From NCBI GenBank assembly GCA_004764695.1, contig SMSO01000007.1, positions 558,001 through 622,000 on the forward strand: a DNA stretch of 64,000 bases, written 5' to 3'. The position numbers were made by a program, and so were the translations under genes. The stretch's first letter is position 1; each line of letters starts with the position of its first letter. The notes under the pieces are model-generated. The model was not told the origin of the DNA. It saw nothing but the letters and a program-made list of their open reading frames with translations, and searched no databases. Origin of the DNA: Schizochytrium sp. TIO01. Taxonomy: Eukaryota; Protista; Bigyra: Labyrinthulomycetes. This document shows, piece by piece, positions 9,262 to 17,958 of the stretch.

Positions 9262-9930
9262 ATGCTAAAGAGTTGGATAAAACAAAATAATAATACTCGT
9301 AAAAGGGGCAATAACAATATAAAAAGAAGCTTCACTCTGCCCCTCTCAAGCAGCAAACCTGGTGAAGAGGAATACATCCCTCTCGCTCTGGCCAACGCGG
9401 GCGGCGGAGACTGCCTCTTCTTCGCGTACGGCTCGGCGCTGCGGCAGGCCTTCCCAGGGCGCGACAGAGAGCAGTTCGAGCCTGCTGCACTGCGGCGCGC
9501 GGTGGCCAGTCAGCTCGAGGAGGAACACTTCGATTTCTACAGGAATGTCGCATCCGCGGATCCTGACTCCTCCTCCTGGGCCCGCGACCTGAAGGACCTC
9601 GAGGACATGAAGGCGCGCGTGCTGCGCCGCTCGTACTGGGGTGACCAGCTGTCTCTGCTGCTCCTGGAGAAGTACTTCGGCGTGCGCAGCGTCGTGATCC
9701 GCTTCGATCGGGGCGAACCTCCTCATGTGGCGCCTTACTCAGGCCTTGGCATGCCTGAGCTGCCTCCTCGTGGCTTCGTTGTGCTCTCGCTGCGAGGCCA
9801 GCATTATGAAGTAATAGTCGGCGAGCAAGGGCAGGCCTGGCACGAATCGAGAACGAGTGCTAAAGACCTGGCCTCTCTCGTGCTTCGCAGAGGTTGGATG
9901 AACCATCGATTCGATACACAGTCACCTTAG
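9262..9930 (+). CDS. OTU-family cysteine protease (putative deubiquitinase)
   Basis: NAGGGDCLFFA (catalytic Cys), LRRAVA, YWGDQLSLLLLEKYFGV, GQHYEV (catalytic His). Confidence 0.88.
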   Translation: MLKSWIKQNNNTRKRGNNNIKRSFTLPLSSSKPGEEEYIPLALANAGGGDCLFFAYGSALRQAFPGRDREQFEPAALRRAVASQLEEEHFDFYRNVASADPDSSSWARDLKDLEDMKARVLRRSYWGDQLSLLLLEKYFGVRSVVIRFDRGEPPHVAPYSGLGMPELPPRGFVVLSLRGQHYEVIVGEQGQAWHESRTSAKDLASLVLRRGWMNHRFDTQSP

Positions 9931-9981
9931 TCATTTCAAGCAAAAGCAAAAGCAAAGTCAAGCAAAAGCAAAGCAATTTAG

Positions 9982-10185
9982 TTAGTTGAATCGATAGACA
10001 AACACGATAGCACCAAAGGCGACCAAAGCTAAAATCAGCAAACCTCCGGCAATCAAAGATTCGGTCACTTTAGAACTCTTACTCGCTACCGGATTTGTCA
10101 CTTCTCCGTAGACTGTAGGATCACTCGTGGTGGTTGTACTGCTTGCTGCTGCTGCTGCTGCTGCTGTTGTTGTTGAGGATTCCAT
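9982..10185 (-). CDS. Small single-pass membrane protein (67 aa)
   Basis: S/T/A-rich N-terminus, then TM segment LIAGGLLILALVAFGAIVFVY. A-rich leader before the ATG. Confidence 0.6.
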   Translation of the reverse strand: MESSTTTAAAAAAASSTTTTSDPTVYGEVTNPVASKSSKVTESLIAGGLLILALVAFGAIVFVYRFN

Positions 10186-10378
10186 CTTTTTCTTTACTTT
10201 CCTTTTTTCGGTTTCTTCTTCTTCTAACTACAAAAGCTAACTGCAAGGGAGAGGAGGTAGTATCCTTTTCTTTTCTATCTCTCTACCTGTATAGACATTT
10301 CTTTTTTTTCTTGCCACAGGGCGACCATTAAAAAAAGCAGAAAGAAGAGAAAAAAAGGTAAAACCAACGAACAAAGAA

Positions 10379-11251
10379 ATGAAGGAAGGCGAAAAGGGAA
10401 CTTTGCAATTGTTTGCTTCGCTGCTGCTAGGTCTGGCTGCATCCGTAGGCACACTCGGTTTTGCTTACTGGCTCGTGAGAATGTACTACCTGCCCGAGGG
10501 CTACCAGAATGCAAATGTCTTAGATGTAGAAGGAAGCCACGCAGCGATTCCTGCGGATACCGAGGTGCCCATCACCGTCGTGAATTTCCTGCATGACGAT
10601 TCAGAAGGCGCGCCTTTCACGAGAAATAGAGCGAGGCAGGAAAGACTCGCTTTGCAATTGGGCGCCTCCCGCGTGGAGCATTATAACATGCAGAGACTGC
10701 AAACCTCGCTAGGTGAGGAAGACGGCCAGAGAGTCGCAGAGTTTATCCAGGACAACCCTCGCGGAGCTGGCTACTGGACCTGGAAACCCATCATCATTGC
10801 TGACACTTTGGCTACCTTGAAAGAAGACGAGGTGCTCATTTACATGGACTGTGGCTCTTTCGCGCGCAAGCCTCTAAGGGGACTCGCGGATCGCACAGCG
10901 GGCTCCTCAACGGGAATTGTTGTGATGACCTCTGTTTATCCAGTGGCAAGCACAGTGCGCGCAGATGTGGGAGAGCATGTGAGCGGCCGCAGCGACTTTT
11001 GCAAGGTCTGGGCAGACCGGCCGTCCATCCAGGCAACAATTGTGGTTATCCGAAAGACCCCGGCGAGCGAGGAAATTATCAAGCAGTGGGCCAAACTCGC
11101 GGTGAATGATCCGTGGCTCTTCACGGATAACTTCAAGCCCTGCGGCGCCGGCTTTCTGGAACACAGGCACGACCAGGCAGTTCTGCAGTCGCTTCTGCTG
11201 GCTAGAGACGATTCGGGGAGTTTTATGGTACATCCTTCTGAGTTATTGTGA
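10379..11251 (+). CDS. Membrane-anchored GT-A-like glycosyltransferase
   Basis: N-terminal TM helix. GAGYWTWKPIII...LIYMDCG...FLEHRHDQAVL signature of a putative glycosyltransferase family seen in bacteria and giant viruses. Confidence 0.75.
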   Translation: MKEGEKGTLQLFASLLLGLAASVGTLGFAYWLVRMYYLPEGYQNANVLDVEGSHAAIPADTEVPITVVNFLHDDSEGAPFTRNRARQERLALQLGASRVEHYNMQRLQTSLGEEDGQRVAEFIQDNPRGAGYWTWKPIIIADTLATLKEDEVLIYMDCGSFARKPLRGLADRTAGSSTGIVVMTSVYPVASTVRADVGEHVSGRSDFCKVWADRPSIQATIVVIRKTPASEEIIKQWAKLAVNDPWLFTDNFKPCGAGFLEHRHDQAVLQSLLLARDDSGSFMVHPSELL

Positions 11252-11252
11252 G

Positions 11253-14200
11253 CTAATGGCTATCATCATCATTATCCGGGGCGAGCCCTCTAAATTCATC
11301 TATGCGTGTGGAAAACACGTGGATCAGATTGCTCTTCTGGGCATCAATGTAGCCCTGCATGACCTTGGACTGCCGCTGTACGTAAGAAAAGCCGTCCTGT
11401 CCACCGGCTGCATGGGTGACCGGCTCAAACAGGGTGGGGATGGCTAGGTCCCACATATTTTTTCTCTCTTCGACCTTTTTCTTAATCGAGCCCTTGTACG
11501 TGTTTGCAAAGAAACGGTTCTTGGATTTTTGCTCTTCGCACAGTCCGCGCAGGTCGGAGAGCACTTCCTGGATTTCCTGCTGGCCTCCGTGGAGATTTAG
11601 GAATGGGGTGCACTTGGCGTCTTCGGCAATCCACTGGTTTACAATCTCCGAGGCTTTGTGGTAGATGGAAAGGTGGCCCTTCTCGAGACGCTCGGCCCGC
11701 TCGCGCTCTACCAAAGAGCCCATGAGCAGCTTCGCGATCGTGCGAGAAGGCACATCAAAGGTGGCGACCTTGCAGCCCGGATGCTGCGTGCATACCCCTG
11801 CTTGCTGCTTGCTGAGCGGCACACCCAGGACCTCCCGCAGCACGCGCCGAGTTACAGCAAGCTTCCAGGGATTTTCGGGATCGGCCTTGACCACTTCCTT
11901 GAAGACCAAATCGAATTCCTCGCACAATCTATGCAAGTGAAACACAGCTACGTCGCTTCTTTCTTTAGAAGGACAGCTGTGCACTTCGACCTTGTCCAAA
12001 TTAATCGCCTTGCTGATTACATGATGATGCGGCAGTGGCACAGCAGGAATGGCAGCAGCACCAACGGCACCAGCGGCATTACCACCTTCGTCCAATTCTG
12101 ATGCCGCCATTGCTATCTGTTCTTCTTCTTCTTCTTCTTCTTCTTCCTCCTGCGACGGCTGCTGAGTAAACAATTCCTCCTGCTGGGTAAAGAAATCGTC
12201 ATCATAATTCTCCTGCTGCTCTTGCTGCTGCGGGCGCTGTGGGGGCTCTTGCTGCTGTAGTATAGGATCCTCCTCAGTACCGGCGGCTTCTTCGTCTTGC
12301 TCGATTTCTCTAAAGGCCTCTGGGGGGCTGCCGAGCACCTCCAGGTAATCGATGAGCACGCGGCGCTTCTTCTTGACTTGGTCGTAGTTCTCGTGCCAGA
12401 TCTGCACACCCTCGAGCTCCTGGCCTCGCTGAAGATACTCTACAGGGTTCGTAGGAATCGAGGCCTCATTAGCTTTGAGCTGCAGGTCTTCCTTGGTGGA
12501 AAGCAGCAAATTGGCGAGCATTTGAATCTTCCGCATACCTCCTAGCTGTTCCGTGTGCCTTAGCAGCTCCTCGGCCGCGTCAGGGTCATTCAAGCCCTTG
12601 TAGAAGTAGCGCGCCAACTCGAGAGAAGTCTTGTAGCCCCGAGAAATAATAGTGTCGTCCTCTGGATGCTCCCTGACGTGCTCCAGATAACCAGCCACTT
12701 CCGAGCTGCGGGAATGTTCGGTGATGTTCATGTAGCGCCCAAAACGGAACTGGGTAGACACCTCGCGGTCATAGGAAGAATCGGTGTCGGTCTGCACGAA
12801 CATGCGCGCCTGCCGAGGGTCAATATAGTTGCTGAGGATTTGCATGAGGAAAGTGCGAAGGTAATCCGCATTTGACAGTCTCTTCTGGTAACGCACTCGC
12901 TCCAAGACAAAGGAAGTCATTGAGCCCGCGTAATTCCTTGTGGTCTTGGCGCCCCGCGGGAGAGGCGGCGGCGCCTCGCACTCAGGAATCTCAAAGCCTC
13001 CCGAATTGATCTCGACCATTTCAACAGAGCTTAAACCGTCGGTCTCGTGAACAGTGATGTTCGTGTGCAAGTAAATGGACACGCGCCCACTGCGGGGAGC
13101 GCGCACACGCGCTAGCAACTGCATGACGTTGCGCGGCGTCACCTCCTGGCTCCCAATAAACACCATGGTCTCCTCAAAGTGATTCGCACTGTAATCGAGC
13201 CCTGCTCCCAGCACTGAATTCACAATCAAGACGCGGTAGTTCTCCCAGGATTTTGTATCCGCCATAGACTCCTTCGTCTTCTCCGTGTCGTCTCCTGTGA
13301 TGGCCTTGACGGCATAAACATCACTGACGTCCTGGAAGCCCAGCCGAACGTGCACAAACTCGACGAACCAGGCCTCAAGGGCGCGGCATTGGTGCTTGCC
13401 GGGGCACACGATGAAGAGGTTCTTACCTTCCCTGAGGACCGTTTCAGCGCGCTGGAACCACTGGCACATGTAAGGCATGAGGCAGTACACACGCATGTAG
13501 GGAGAGAGCCGGTTAATGTGCACGCGAAAGTAGTTCTGCTGCCGCGGAGGCCGCAGGCTCTCAATCCACTGCGCGGCTGTGTCGTCCATGTCTGCGTCAG
13601 AGAAAATCACCACTTTGGCCTTGCGGATCAGCTCAATCATGATATAAAGCGTCACTTCCCTGTGCTCGCTGAGCGTTTCACTCACGACGTGGCTCATCAG
13701 AGAGGTAAATTCGTCCAGGACCACCACGTCGTACTCCAGCCTGCCAATCATCGCGCGCTCGACAGTTCCGTCCTCCAGCACGACCGCCTCCGGAGTGAAG
13801 ATATGGCGCAGCGAGTCAAGCTGAATCGAGAGGCGGGGCTCCGTCAGGGCCGCGCGGTCGATGCGGCCATCCTTGCGGTAGTTCACCAGGCCCAGGCGGC
13901 TAGCCAGCGCAGCGGCCAGCATGCGGCGAAAGCTGATGGACAAGACAGAGGCCTCTTCGGGAAGCTCCTCGATGACCTTGGCGATTAACTCCGTCTTGCC
14001 TGTGCCCATGGAGCTCCAGAGGACCAGTGTGGAGGGCCCCAGCAGCGGGCTGGTCGGCTCGCCGCCCCTGCGTTGCGGGCCGAAGATCTGCGAGAGGTCG
14101 GCAATGTCGTGAAAGCGCCGCTCCTCCAGGGGCTCCAGTCTGTAAATGTGGTGGTAAGGCGCAAACCTGCGCAGCGCGCCGATGCCCATGGCCACCTTAG

Positions 14201-14780
14201 ACACCGGCATCCGAGCGGGCCTCACGACAGTTTCGTTTTCCAGCCTTTCAACCTGCTGGGCCAGCATGCTGCTCCTCGTGGGGTCTGTGTCTGGCACCAA
14301 AAAGCTGTTGTTCTTCGAGGCGTGGAAGGTGAAGGAGCGCTTGCTGCCGCACTTGAAGCAGTAGAGCTCGAGGTCCATGGATGCAGTGAGGGTCAGTTTG
14401 TGCATGTTCGTGTTATTCTCACTCTGGCAGAACAAACAGAAACGAAAGCCGGTTTCTACGCAGTGGAAACGCACGATGGCGCACATGCCCACGCCTCCCT
14501 CGAGCCCATGGAAAGCAACATTCGGCGCGTAGTCCACTTTACCGTCGGCCTTGACCGCTTCCAGGATCCCCTTGAGGCCCCGGAGAAGATAGTTGCGCAG
14601 GTACCTAGCTTTGTTCAGACGAACAAAGTTGCCTGCGACCACGCGGGCCAGCATGAGGTTCTCCAGGTTCCCCACACTCTGCATATTGTCCTCGTCAACT
14701 CCGGTGTGCTCGTTTCGCAACTGGAAGAGCGCCTGCCAGATGTGCGCCTTCTGCGGGAGGTAGAAGACGAGCAGTCTCGT
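11253..14780 (-). CDS. Herpesvirus UL9 / origin-binding-protein-like SF2 helicase with an upstream CxxC...CxxC Zn finger; probably 5'-truncated
   Basis: Motifs SSMGTGKT (I), SISFRRML (Ia), LSIQLDSL, YDVVVLDEFTS (II), FSDAD (III), YRVLIVNSVLGAGLDY (V), MQLLARVR (VI) follow the UL9 pattern. Zn finger RFCLFC...LYCFKC. GC3-rich codons run to ~14780; first in-frame ATG in that stretch is at 14684. Confidence 0.88.
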   Translation of the reverse strand, partial: TRLLVFYLPQKAHIWQALFQLRNEHTGVDEDNMQSVGNLENLMLARVVAGNFVRLNKARYLRNYLLRGLKGILEAVKADGKVDYAPNVAFHGLEGGVGMCAIVRFHCVETGFRFCLFCQSENNTNMHKLTLTASMDLELYCFKCGSKRSFTFHASKNNSFLVPDTDPTRSSMLAQQVERLENETVVRPARMPVSKVAMGIGALRRFAPYHHIYRLEPLEERRFHDIADLSQIFGPQRRGGEPTSPLLGPSTLVLWSSMGTGKTELIAKVIEELPEEASVLSISFRRMLAAALASRLGLVNYRKDGRIDRAALTEPRLSIQLDSLRHIFTPEAVVLEDGTVERAMIGRLEYDVVVLDEFTSLMSHVVSETLSEHREVTLYIMIELIRKAKVVIFSDADMDDTAAQWIESLRPPRQQNYFRVHINRLSPYMRVYCLMPYMCQWFQRAETVLREGKNLFIVCPGKHQCRALEAWFVEFVHVRLGFQDVSDVYAVKAITGDDTEKTKESMADTKSWENYRVLIVNSVLGAGLDYSANHFEETMVFIGSQEVTPRNVMQLLARVRAPRSGRVSIYLHTNITVHETDGLSSVEMVEINSGGFEIPECEAPPPLPRGAKTTRNYAGSMTSFVLERVRYQKRLSNADYLRTFLMQILSNYIDPRQARMFVQTDTDSSYDREVSTQFRFGRYMNITEHSRSSEVAGYLEHVREHPEDDTIISRGYKTSLELARYFYKGLNDPDAAEELLRHTEQLGGMRKIQMLANLLLSTKEDLQLKANEASIPTNPVEYLQRGQELEGVQIWHENYDQVKKKRRVLIDYLEVLGSPPEAFREIEQDEEAAGTEEDPILQQQEPPQRPQQQEQQENYDDDFFTQQEELFTQQPSQEEEEEEEEEEQIAMAASELDEGGNAAGAVGAAAIPAVPLPHHHVISKAINLDKVEVHSCPSKERSDVAVFHLHRLCEEFDLVFKEVVKADPENPWKLAVTRRVLREVLGVPLSKQQAGVCTQHPGCKVATFDVPSRTIAKLLMGSLVERERAERLEKGHLSIYHKASEIVNQWIAEDAKCTPFLNLHGGQQEIQEVLSDLRGLCEEQKSKNRFFANTYKGSIKKKVEERKNMWDLAIPTLFEPVTHAAGGQDGFSYVQRQSKVMQGYIDAQKSNLIHVFSTRIDEFRGLAPDNDDDSH

Positions 14781-15295
14781 GGGACCAAGCGACCTGCTAC
14801 CTGGAGGGAGGAGCTGGAGTACCAGGAGCGTATGGAGAAGCTCATTGCAAAGCGGTCGCAGAGACGGCGTGAGAAGGCAGAAAGGATGTTCACATTGATG
14901 GCAAGATTTGGAAACGACCGCTCTGATCGAGATGAAATCCACCAAATGGATTTTCAACGCAATGTGATTAGCTCACTTGGCAATGCACTTCTCGAGGAGA
15001 TCCAGGGAAAATCTAACACCCACCAAGGCGCTCAGCAGGCTGCAATTCTTGATGTACAACCAGAGCATCATGAAATCACCATCTCCGAGGTCCCACACGC
15101 ATCCTAGGCCGCCCACCAATCAACGGAGAACTACAAAAGCTCGGAAGGAAGATCGTGCAGCTCTATCGGCAAAAGTACAAATCCGAGCCCCCCAAGCGCA
15201 CTCAATTCGTCGATGGTGCACCTCGCCGTGTAAACTCTTATACTACCAAGGAACTCCCATTGATCGAACAAGCCATTATTAGTGAGAGCACGTGA
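14780..15295 (+). pseudogene. 5'-truncated, frameshifted virus-type putative DNA-binding (antirepressor-like) protein
   Basis: REELEYQERMEKL...EITISEV, then after a 1-nt frameshift near 15092: TRILGRPPINGELQKLGRKIVQLYRQKYKSEPPKRTQFVDGAPRRVNSYTTKELPLIEQAIISEST* (TGA 15293-15295). Confidence 0.6.
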
Positions 15296-15404
15296 ATTTT
15301 TTAAAAATATACAATTATAAGAAGCTTGTTTTGTGGTTTACTTTGTCTTTGAGTATTTTATATTCTTTTTAGATTCAAGAAAAATAAAAATAATAGCCTC
15401 CGCC

Positions 15405-16301
15405 TCACTTGACCATCATAATGGCTTTTCTGGCTACGCTCTTCGCTGCGTCCTTCTCAGAAGCCGTTGAGGTCTGAGATTTGCTAGCTTTTGCCGCTGC
15501 GGAGGAAGCGGACGACGAGGATTTATTCGATTCCTCACTTTCTTCATCTTCACCTTCTCCTTCCCCGCTTGCTCCCTTCAATGCGCTCTTCGCGGAGCTC
15601 TCCACGCTTCCGACTGCTGATCGAACACCGCCAAAGACAGCCTTCAGGATCCCTGTGAGAATCTCAGGAAGGAAAGGAAGAGACCACCAAGCGCAAGAAA
15701 AAGAATGAAAAGTCCAGCCAGACTGATTCCTTGTGTGGTCGCTTGAGAGTCTGCATCCAGGACTTGTTTGAGATCAGTCATTGCGTCCGTTGTTGCAGCG
15801 TCGTTCGCCGCGCAATTGAAAATGGCATTTGAATCAATTGCCTGAGAAGCAAACTGAATTCGATTGAGACTTTCGTCGCTGCTATCACACTCCATGTTAC
15901 TCACACTTTGAATATTAATGTTGCTCACAGATTGACTGCACGTCGTCGTCATTGAAGTGGCTGCAGCAGCTGCAATGCTAGTATAATTGTGAATAATCGA
16001 GCTGGAGACGCTCACATTCGCAAGATTCAGACCTTTGGTCAGCGATTCTGCCGCTGTTTGAATATTCTGAGCAATGTCTTGCACCAGCTTGCTGTCCACC
16101 GAAATATTTGATATAGCCGTGGCCGTGGCAGAACTTGAAATGATCTGAGGTGCAAAACTGATACTGCAGTTCTTCACGCTGTCCACACTGAATATTTTCA
16201 TTAATAGCTTGTTCATTCTCCTGGATGGATGCAGAAGTGGAGACCTTCAAAGAAGACGAAATTGTATTGGTGAGCTGTGAGGTACTTGAAGATGCACCCA
16301 T
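15405..16301 (-). pseudogene. Myristoylated virion membrane protein, poxvirus L1R / ASFV E248R / iridovirus-like; two frameshifts
   Basis: MGASSS myristoylation start, S/T/N/Q-rich ectodomain with 4 Cys, TM GISLAGLFILFLALGGLFL, charged tail. Three ORFs (15978-16301, 15644-16216, 15405-15605) join at ~16193 and ~15672 into ~299 aa. Confidence 0.75.
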
Positions 16302-16390
16302 TTTCGAATTCTTTCGTTTATTTGTTAATTACTCTTCACTAAAATAAAATGAAACTATGATCTGTCTCCTAGTGGACAATATTGGTATCA

Positions 16391-17413
16391 TTATGTATCA
16401 ACAGACCAAAATTTACTCACGCCCTCCCTTTGATATCCACTTTCTGAGGACGATGCTTCTGCAGCACGTATTTCATGAAGAACTGCTCTTATGCCGTCTA
16501 TCAATTCAAGAAACTCCGGTCCGAAGTACATTACAGGAATATTTTCACGGATGTATTCACCGCCTACTGTATTCATTGCGTAACATCGTGCACGTGCCAT
16601 GTTCGTCTTTAGTCTCTCGTCATCACACTGCCTTTCTATCTCACTCATCTTCTTATGTATTTCTTCGAATTTAAAATACGCCCTCTCCGCCAGAGCCTGA
16701 GTTGGTTGAAGTTTGGTGGCCTTCATCATGCACATTTTTCTACAGAGATCTCGTACAGGGTAGTAAATTCGCCGTTTAATATGGCAATATATAAAATTGT
16801 ACTCAATGGGGAAGAAGATTCTCAGGAGAATACGAGCGATTTTCAACGCTACTGCAATAAGAGTCGCCCAAGCAATTCCTTCGTACTCAGGGATGGCAAA
16901 TTGAGGTAGAAAGAACGACGACACGCGATAACAAAGAAAGACGCGAGAGACGAAGTGCAAGAGGATTAAAGTTAAAGCAAAAGCAAAAGGCCAACTGCAC
17001 AGAGTAGACGGACTGAGCTTTTCAACCTTTGTAATTGTGAGACTTTTCTGAATAAAAACACGAAAGCGCTTCTTGTCCCAATCCCCCTCCTCGGCTGCTG
17101 CTAAAGGACTATTCCTGGATACCTTTGACCACGTATCAAATAAATCAGAATAGAAATTTTCAAACTTCTCTCCCTCTTTGATGGCTGGGTGGTTTTCCTC
17201 GGTTTCCTGATCCCCAGAAGAAGAGTAGCGTGATTTCTGCTGCTCCTTGTGAATATCAGGTGTATGCGAGGAGCTCCAATTCTGGCTTTGGTTCTCTTCG
17301 TTTTCCTCGGGCCCCTGGGAAGGCGGGTGTTTTCGCCTGCCAGTCGAACGCCTCTTTGCCGACTGTTGAACAGCAGGTGTACAACATTGCCCGTCCTGAA
17401 CTGTCCATGTCAA
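16391..17413 (-). CDS. Hypothetical membrane protein; 5' part possibly decayed back to an ATG at 17805
   Basis: 340-aa open frame with two hydrophobic segments. An upstream fragment MADEPLFVLYMVILATALVAMGF... stops at 17659. Confidence 0.5.
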   Translation of the reverse strand: MTWTVQDGQCCTPAVQQSAKRRSTGRRKHPPSQGPEENEENQSQNWSSSHTPDIHKEQQKSRYSSSGDQETEENHPAIKEGEKFENFYSDLFDTWSKVSRNSPLAAAEEGDWDKKRFRVFIQKSLTITKVEKLSPSTLCSWPFAFALTLILLHFVSRVFLCYRVSSFFLPQFAIPEYEGIAWATLIAVALKIARILLRIFFPIEYNFIYCHIKRRIYYPVRDLCRKMCMMKATKLQPTQALAERAYFKFEEIHKKMSEIERQCDDERLKTNMARARCYAMNTVGGEYIRENIPVMYFGPEFLELIDGIRAVLHEIRAAEASSSESGYQREGVSKFWSVDT

Positions 17414-17882
17414 TTGTGCATCTGCTGGGCTTTGTGTCGGGCAGAAACGAATCGAAAACTGCGCGGTCGTATCGCTGCATATCCTTAGCCATCAACTATG
17501 ATATGTTTGTGAGAAAGAGTTGATACGCCCACGGTCGCATCGTGACAATCACTAGTCGTTGAATAGGTCAAGACTAATCCAGAAGAACCTTCCGATCACA
17601 AGGTTCGGTGAAAGGGAATTTTCTTTTGTTCTTCTCGGGACACAGTACTTGTCTTGACTTATTCTGTACTACGAAAGTCTACTTTCTCTCTTTTCATTGA
17701 AGAAGAAATTTTACTAAAGACCATCCGACCTGATGAGAAACCCATCGCCACGAGAGCCGTCGCGAGAATGACCATATACAGAACGAAAAGGGGCTCGTCT
17801 GCCATGCTGACAAAAGTCTCTCTTCCAAAAGAGCAAAAAACCCGCGCTTAGAACGCCTTGAAATTAATATGGGAGACTCATT

Positions 17883-17940
17883 GGTGTTCTAGAACAGTGT
17901 TCTCAAGGGTGTTCTGGAACGGTGTTCTGTTCTTAGTTCT
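17883..17940. repeat. GTGTTCT / GAAC short-motif array
   Basis: GGTGTTCTAGAACAGTGTTCTCAAGGGTGTTCTGGAACGGTGTTCTGTTCTTAGTTCT contains four GTGTTCT plus two further GTTCT. Confidence 0.7.
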
Positions 17941-17958
17941 TTTATATTATATGAGAGT

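Noticed and set aside
13350-14780. Long plus-strand ORFs (13350-13988 and the 5' part of 14073-15107)
   Set aside because: Antisense shadows of the GC3-rich helicase gene.
14781-14957. N-terminal ~60 aa of the 1234-aa ORF as given in the track
   Set aside because: Antisense to the plus-strand coding fragment and not protein-like; treated as chance open frame.
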